From: Nitrosopumilus sp.
GTDB lineage: Archaea > Thermoproteota > Nitrososphaeria > Nitrososphaerales > Nitrosopumilaceae
Reading direction: 5' to 3'
Assembly (NCBI GenBank): GCA_965205215.1
Contig: OZ242041.1
Location: 128,001-192,000 of the forward strand
Length of the DNA: 64,000 nucleotides
This document shows positions 60,708-64,000 of this stretch, piece by piece (the first letter of the stretch is position 1; every line of letters starts with the position of its first letter). Below the pieces are notes generated by a model. That model searched no databases and was not told where the DNA came from. It saw only the letters and a program-made list of their open reading frames with translations. The translations under genes and the position numbers were made by a program.

Positions 60708-61694
60708 CTTTTGTTTCAAATACAAGAGACGTTTCAATGATCTATTTATTAAACTTCTCTAAAATCTTCTCATATCAGGTCGTTTGGCCCACTGGCGTCC
60801 GGCGGGCAGAAGATCGGATTTTGCGATCGCTCCTGCCGCCACCCATACGCATGGAACGCGCGGAGGCATCCGGACGGCAGGATGCGGCATCAGATGGCAG
60901 TGCCGCATGCGATTGCTTGGGCTGATCCCCCGTTTTGTCCCCTTTTGCACCCGCCTGATCCCTGCGATGCCCTGTCAGTGGCGGCCCCGGGCTCCATGAA
61001 CACGCCTCTGCCGGGGTGAGGAGGCGTCCGAATCCCAGATATGAGGACCCGGCTCTGGCACCTGGGAGGGAAGTCGGCGCCCAAAGCCGTCGGCCGGGTC
61101 GGCGGGCCCCCTAGGGCATGCAAGCTGGAGGATGCGGGGGGGGGAGAAAGAGGCAGGCGAGCTAGCAGGAGAGGCCCAGAGCGCACGCATACGGCAAGTC
61201 TAGCAGACGCCACGAAGGGCGCGAGGAGGATTCACGCGCATGCGGTGCTTTGGAAAAATCCCGGGCCGCTTGTATTAGGAAGCAAGCCCGCTGCGTAAGT
61301 GACGAGCGCGGGCGAGCTCGCACATATGGAGAAAGCAAGACGGCGGTCAGGGGGCCCAAACGCGGGGGTACGAGCCTGCACGGCCTACTGTCGCGCCAAG
61401 TTGGACAGGGGGCGCGCGAAAAAAGCGGGCGGTCGCAAGAACACGGCAAAGGTTACAGCGCAGGCCGGAACGATACCTCTTGTTTTTAAAATACGGCGGC
61501 GCGTTTCGTGCGCGCCAAGACGATCACGAACATCCGGGGCAGGGGCGGGACGGGTGAAGTGGGCGCGGCCATAACCCAAGGCCGGGGGGAAGCACTTGCG
61601 GCAGCGGCCAGGGAGGGACGCCCGCCTGTGCCAGAATGTACGCTAGCGACGCGCGCCACGCGATAATTATAAGAAAGCGGGCATACGCCACAGC

Positions 61695-62729
61695 ATGAGC
61701 TGTTCAGGAGAGATAGTCGAGGGGGAGGAGGAAGGAGCGGGCCTGATCCAGATAAGGCCCGCCGTTGCAGAGCAGCTCAAGAAGGCAAAGTACGGCGTCG
61801 CGGACCACTCGACAGTCGAGCTATGTCACTGGACGAAAAAGGCGTTCAGGGGCGAGGGAAGCTGCTACAAGCACAAGTTCTACGGCATCAGCACGCACAG
61901 GTGCATGGAGTTTTCGCCGGCCGGCATGCACTGCGAGAACCGCTGCATATACTGCTGGCGCCCCATGGAGTTTTACGAGTCGCTTAACATGGAACCCGGG
62001 CAGGTGGCAGAACCGGAGGACATACTGTCAAGCCTGATGGCGGAGAGGAAGAGGCTGATAAACGGATACTATGGCGATCCCCGAAACGACAAAAAGAGGC
62101 TCGACGAGTCGCTCCTCCCGGCCCACTACGCGATATCGCTGTCCGGGGAGCCCACGATGTACCCAAAGCTGCCGGAGCTGATACGGTACCTGTACACGCT
62201 CGAGGCCACAAAGTCAGTATTCCTGGTGACCAACGGGCAGGAGCCGCAGATGATAAGGCGCATGAAGGAGGAGCCCGATACGCTTCCCACGCAGCTGTAC
62301 CTGTCCACGAACGCGGCCGACCGCGACTCGTTCATGGAGATAAACAGGCCCAGGTACGAGGACTCTTGGGAGCGGTGGAACGAGACCCTGTCCATGCTGA
62401 GGGAGCTGCCGACCAGAACCGTCCTGCGCATAACGCTGATCAGGGGATACAACGACCGCGATGACATGGTGCCGGCCTTTGCAAGGATGCTTGACGAGTC
62501 AAGCCCGCACTTTGTGGAGATAAAGTCCTACATGCACATAGGGCGCTCCAGAAACAGGCTCGAGCGCGACGACATGCTGGAGATGGGCGAGGTAAGGAAG
62601 TTCGCTGAGGGCGTGGCGCGCCGCAGCGACTCGTTCTTTGTTATGGACGAGAGCGAGATATCAAGAATTGTCATACTGCAAAACGGCAGTCGGAAGATCA
62701 ACAGGTACATCGAGGCGTACGCGCAATAA
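61695..62729 (+). CDS. taw1: 4-demethylwyosine synthase TYW1/Taw1
   Basis: CHWTK, CYKHKFYGI.THRC, CENRCIYCWR, ISLSGEPT, FLVTNG. Confidence 0.95.
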   Translation: MSCSGEIVEGEEEGAGLIQIRPAVAEQLKKAKYGVADHSTVELCHWTKKAFRGEGSCYKHKFYGISTHRCMEFSPAGMHCENRCIYCWRPMEFYESLNMEPGQVAEPEDILSSLMAERKRLINGYYGDPRNDKKRLDESLLPAHYAISLSGEPTMYPKLPELIRYLYTLEATKSVFLVTNGQEPQMIRRMKEEPDTLPTQLYLSTNAADRDSFMEINRPRYEDSWERWNETLSMLRELPTRTVLRITLIRGYNDRDDMVPAFARMLDESSPHFVEIKSYMHIGRSRNRLERDDMLEMGEVRKFAEGVARRSDSFFVMDESEISRIVILQNGSRKINRYIEAYAQ

Positions 62730-62821
62730 GCGGGCGCGGACGTGCCGGCGAAGCTTGACAGGATACAGCTCAAGGACTTGGCATCCCGCTCGATTCACAG
62801 TGTGTGCAAGTTATACCGGGC

Positions 62822-62854
62822 CATCATCATCATCATCATAATCATCATCATCAT
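62822..62854. repeat. (CAT)n microsatellite between convergent genes
   Basis: catcatcatcatcatcataatcatcatcatcat. Confidence 0.9.
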
Positions 62855-62985
62855 GTATTTCAACTCTGATACTTGAGTCGGGGGCGGACATAGATGCAGT
62901 AACCACAAGTCCGCCGATGATAAATTGTAATCAACATGTCAAAAACAATTGCAACCTTGGTAAAAATGCCCATGCCCCCAAGTGA

Positions 62986-63552
62986 CTAACCCGCGTACCA
63001 TTCTGCAAACGCCTTTAGCGCACCGGTCCGGTGCGAGGCCCCGATCTTTTGATCAGGGCCCATCTCCGCAAACGTCTTGTCCTGGCCGTCCGGCACGAAC
63101 ACGGGGTCGTACCCCCAGCTCTTTTCGCCCCGCAATATCTCGGAGATCACCCCGCTCACCGACGCCTCAAACGCGCGGCTCTCCGAGCCATCGTCGTACG
63201 CAATGGCAGCAGAGAACGTGGCGCGCCTGTCGCCGCTGCCGTCAAGCAGTCTCAGGATGCCCGCGATCCCGATCGTGCGCAGGGCATAAGATGAGTACGC
63301 CCCGGGGAAGCCGCCCAACGCCCCGATGAACAGCCCGTCGTCCTCCACGATAACGGGCCTGCCAAGCCTGCCGTACGCGTCGCGCGCCTTTGCCCGCGCT
63401 ATTACGGCAAGCTCGTCGGACTGGACTTCCTGCAGGCGGGCGCGCTCGTACTCGACCCGCACACCGAGGCCCCTCAGCACCGGCAGCGCCTCGTCATACT
63501 TGTGGCGGTTTGAGGATACAAACCGCACTGTATCGTCAGACGACCGTCGCAT
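62986..63552 (-). CDS. rdgB: non-canonical purine NTP pyrophosphatase (RdgB/HAM1)
   Basis: SSN.HK, EDDGLFI.ALGGFPG, GYDPVF, SHR. Confidence 0.93.
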   Translation of the reverse strand: MRRSSDDTVRFVSSNRHKYDEALPVLRGLGVRVEYERARLQEVQSDELAVIARAKARDAYGRLGRPVIVEDDGLFIGALGGFPGAYSSYALRTIGIAGILRLLDGSGDRRATFSAAIAYDDGSESRAFEASVSGVISEILRGEKSWGYDPVFVPDGQDKTFAEMGPDQKIGASHRTGALKAFAEWYAG

Positions 63553-64000
63553 ATCGTCCGCGCCCCTCTATAACCGAGACGAGCCGCACTATCTTTGCGC
63601 GCCTCTCGTATCCGACTGCCCGCGCGTACCCCTGCAAAAGCTTCTTCCAGGACTCGGCCATTATACGCGCGTGCGCGCTGTTGAGGATCTCCTTTATGAG
63701 CCGCATGTCGACGGCGTGATCCTCCGGCTTGGAGGTGCTCTGCGAGAGCCCAAAGTCTATCATGTACAGCTCGTCGCGCCCGCCGTCATATACAAAGTTC
63801 GACGTGGTCAGATCCCCGTGCATTATGCCGCTCCTGTGCAGGGTTCCGACCATGCGGCCCATGCGGGCGGACAGCCCCACTATGTCGTCGTCCGGCAGGC
63901 CCTGCACCACAGAGCCCGGGACGTCCTGCATTATAATGGCATAATTCGCGGTGTCCACCAGATATACGAGCGGGGTGGTCACGCCGAGGGAGCGCGCGTG
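63536..64000 (-). CDS. bud32: KEOPS kinase Bud32 (3' part; start beyond window)
   Basis: HGDLTTSN, IDFGL, ED.AVD, RGRY C-terminus. Confidence 0.92.
   Translation of the reverse strand, partial: HARSLGVTTPLVYLVDTANYAIIMQDVPGSVVQGLPDDDIVGLSARMGRMVGTLHRSGIMHGDLTTSNFVYDGGRDELYMIDFGLSQSTSKPEDHAVDMRLIKEILNSAHARIMAESWKKLLQGYARAVGYERRAKIVRLVSVIEGRGRYATVV

Noticed and set aside
52777-60737. Periodic 'tcggggcagccgtc' repeats resembling a CRISPR array
   Set aside because: They are the reverse-strand codons for DGCPD in TSP3 repeats, spaced ~120 bp in frame; no cas genes

Overview
GC-rich chromosomal window of an ammonia-oxidising archaeon (Nitrososphaerota/Thaumarchaeota, Nitrosopumilaceae-like gene content). 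The high GC, long decayed spacers, microsatellites and low-complexity protein insertions suggest a Cenarchaeum-like host-associated lineage (inference). It carries the ammonia monooxygenase cluster (amoA, amoX, amoC, amoB, probable amoY/amoZ), nirK, split cobalamin methionine synthase, FtsZ-like protein, ribosomal and tRNA-modification genes, TBP, P-II, an AAA+/vWA pair, tRNA-Thr(GGT) and three tandem thrombospondin type-3 repeat proteins. The most striking feature is a remodelled amo locus. A 624-aa fusion (His-containing membrane domain + C2H2 zinc finger + type II NAD(P)H:quinone oxidoreductase) sits between the divergent amoC and amoB. The probable amoZ is tandemly duplicated, and the second copy has a shortened TM helix and an eroded TATA box. 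About 1.25 kb of decayed sequence separates amoX from amoA. No CRISPR array, rRNA, integrase or transposase was recognised. All calls are by eye from motifs; no searches were run.
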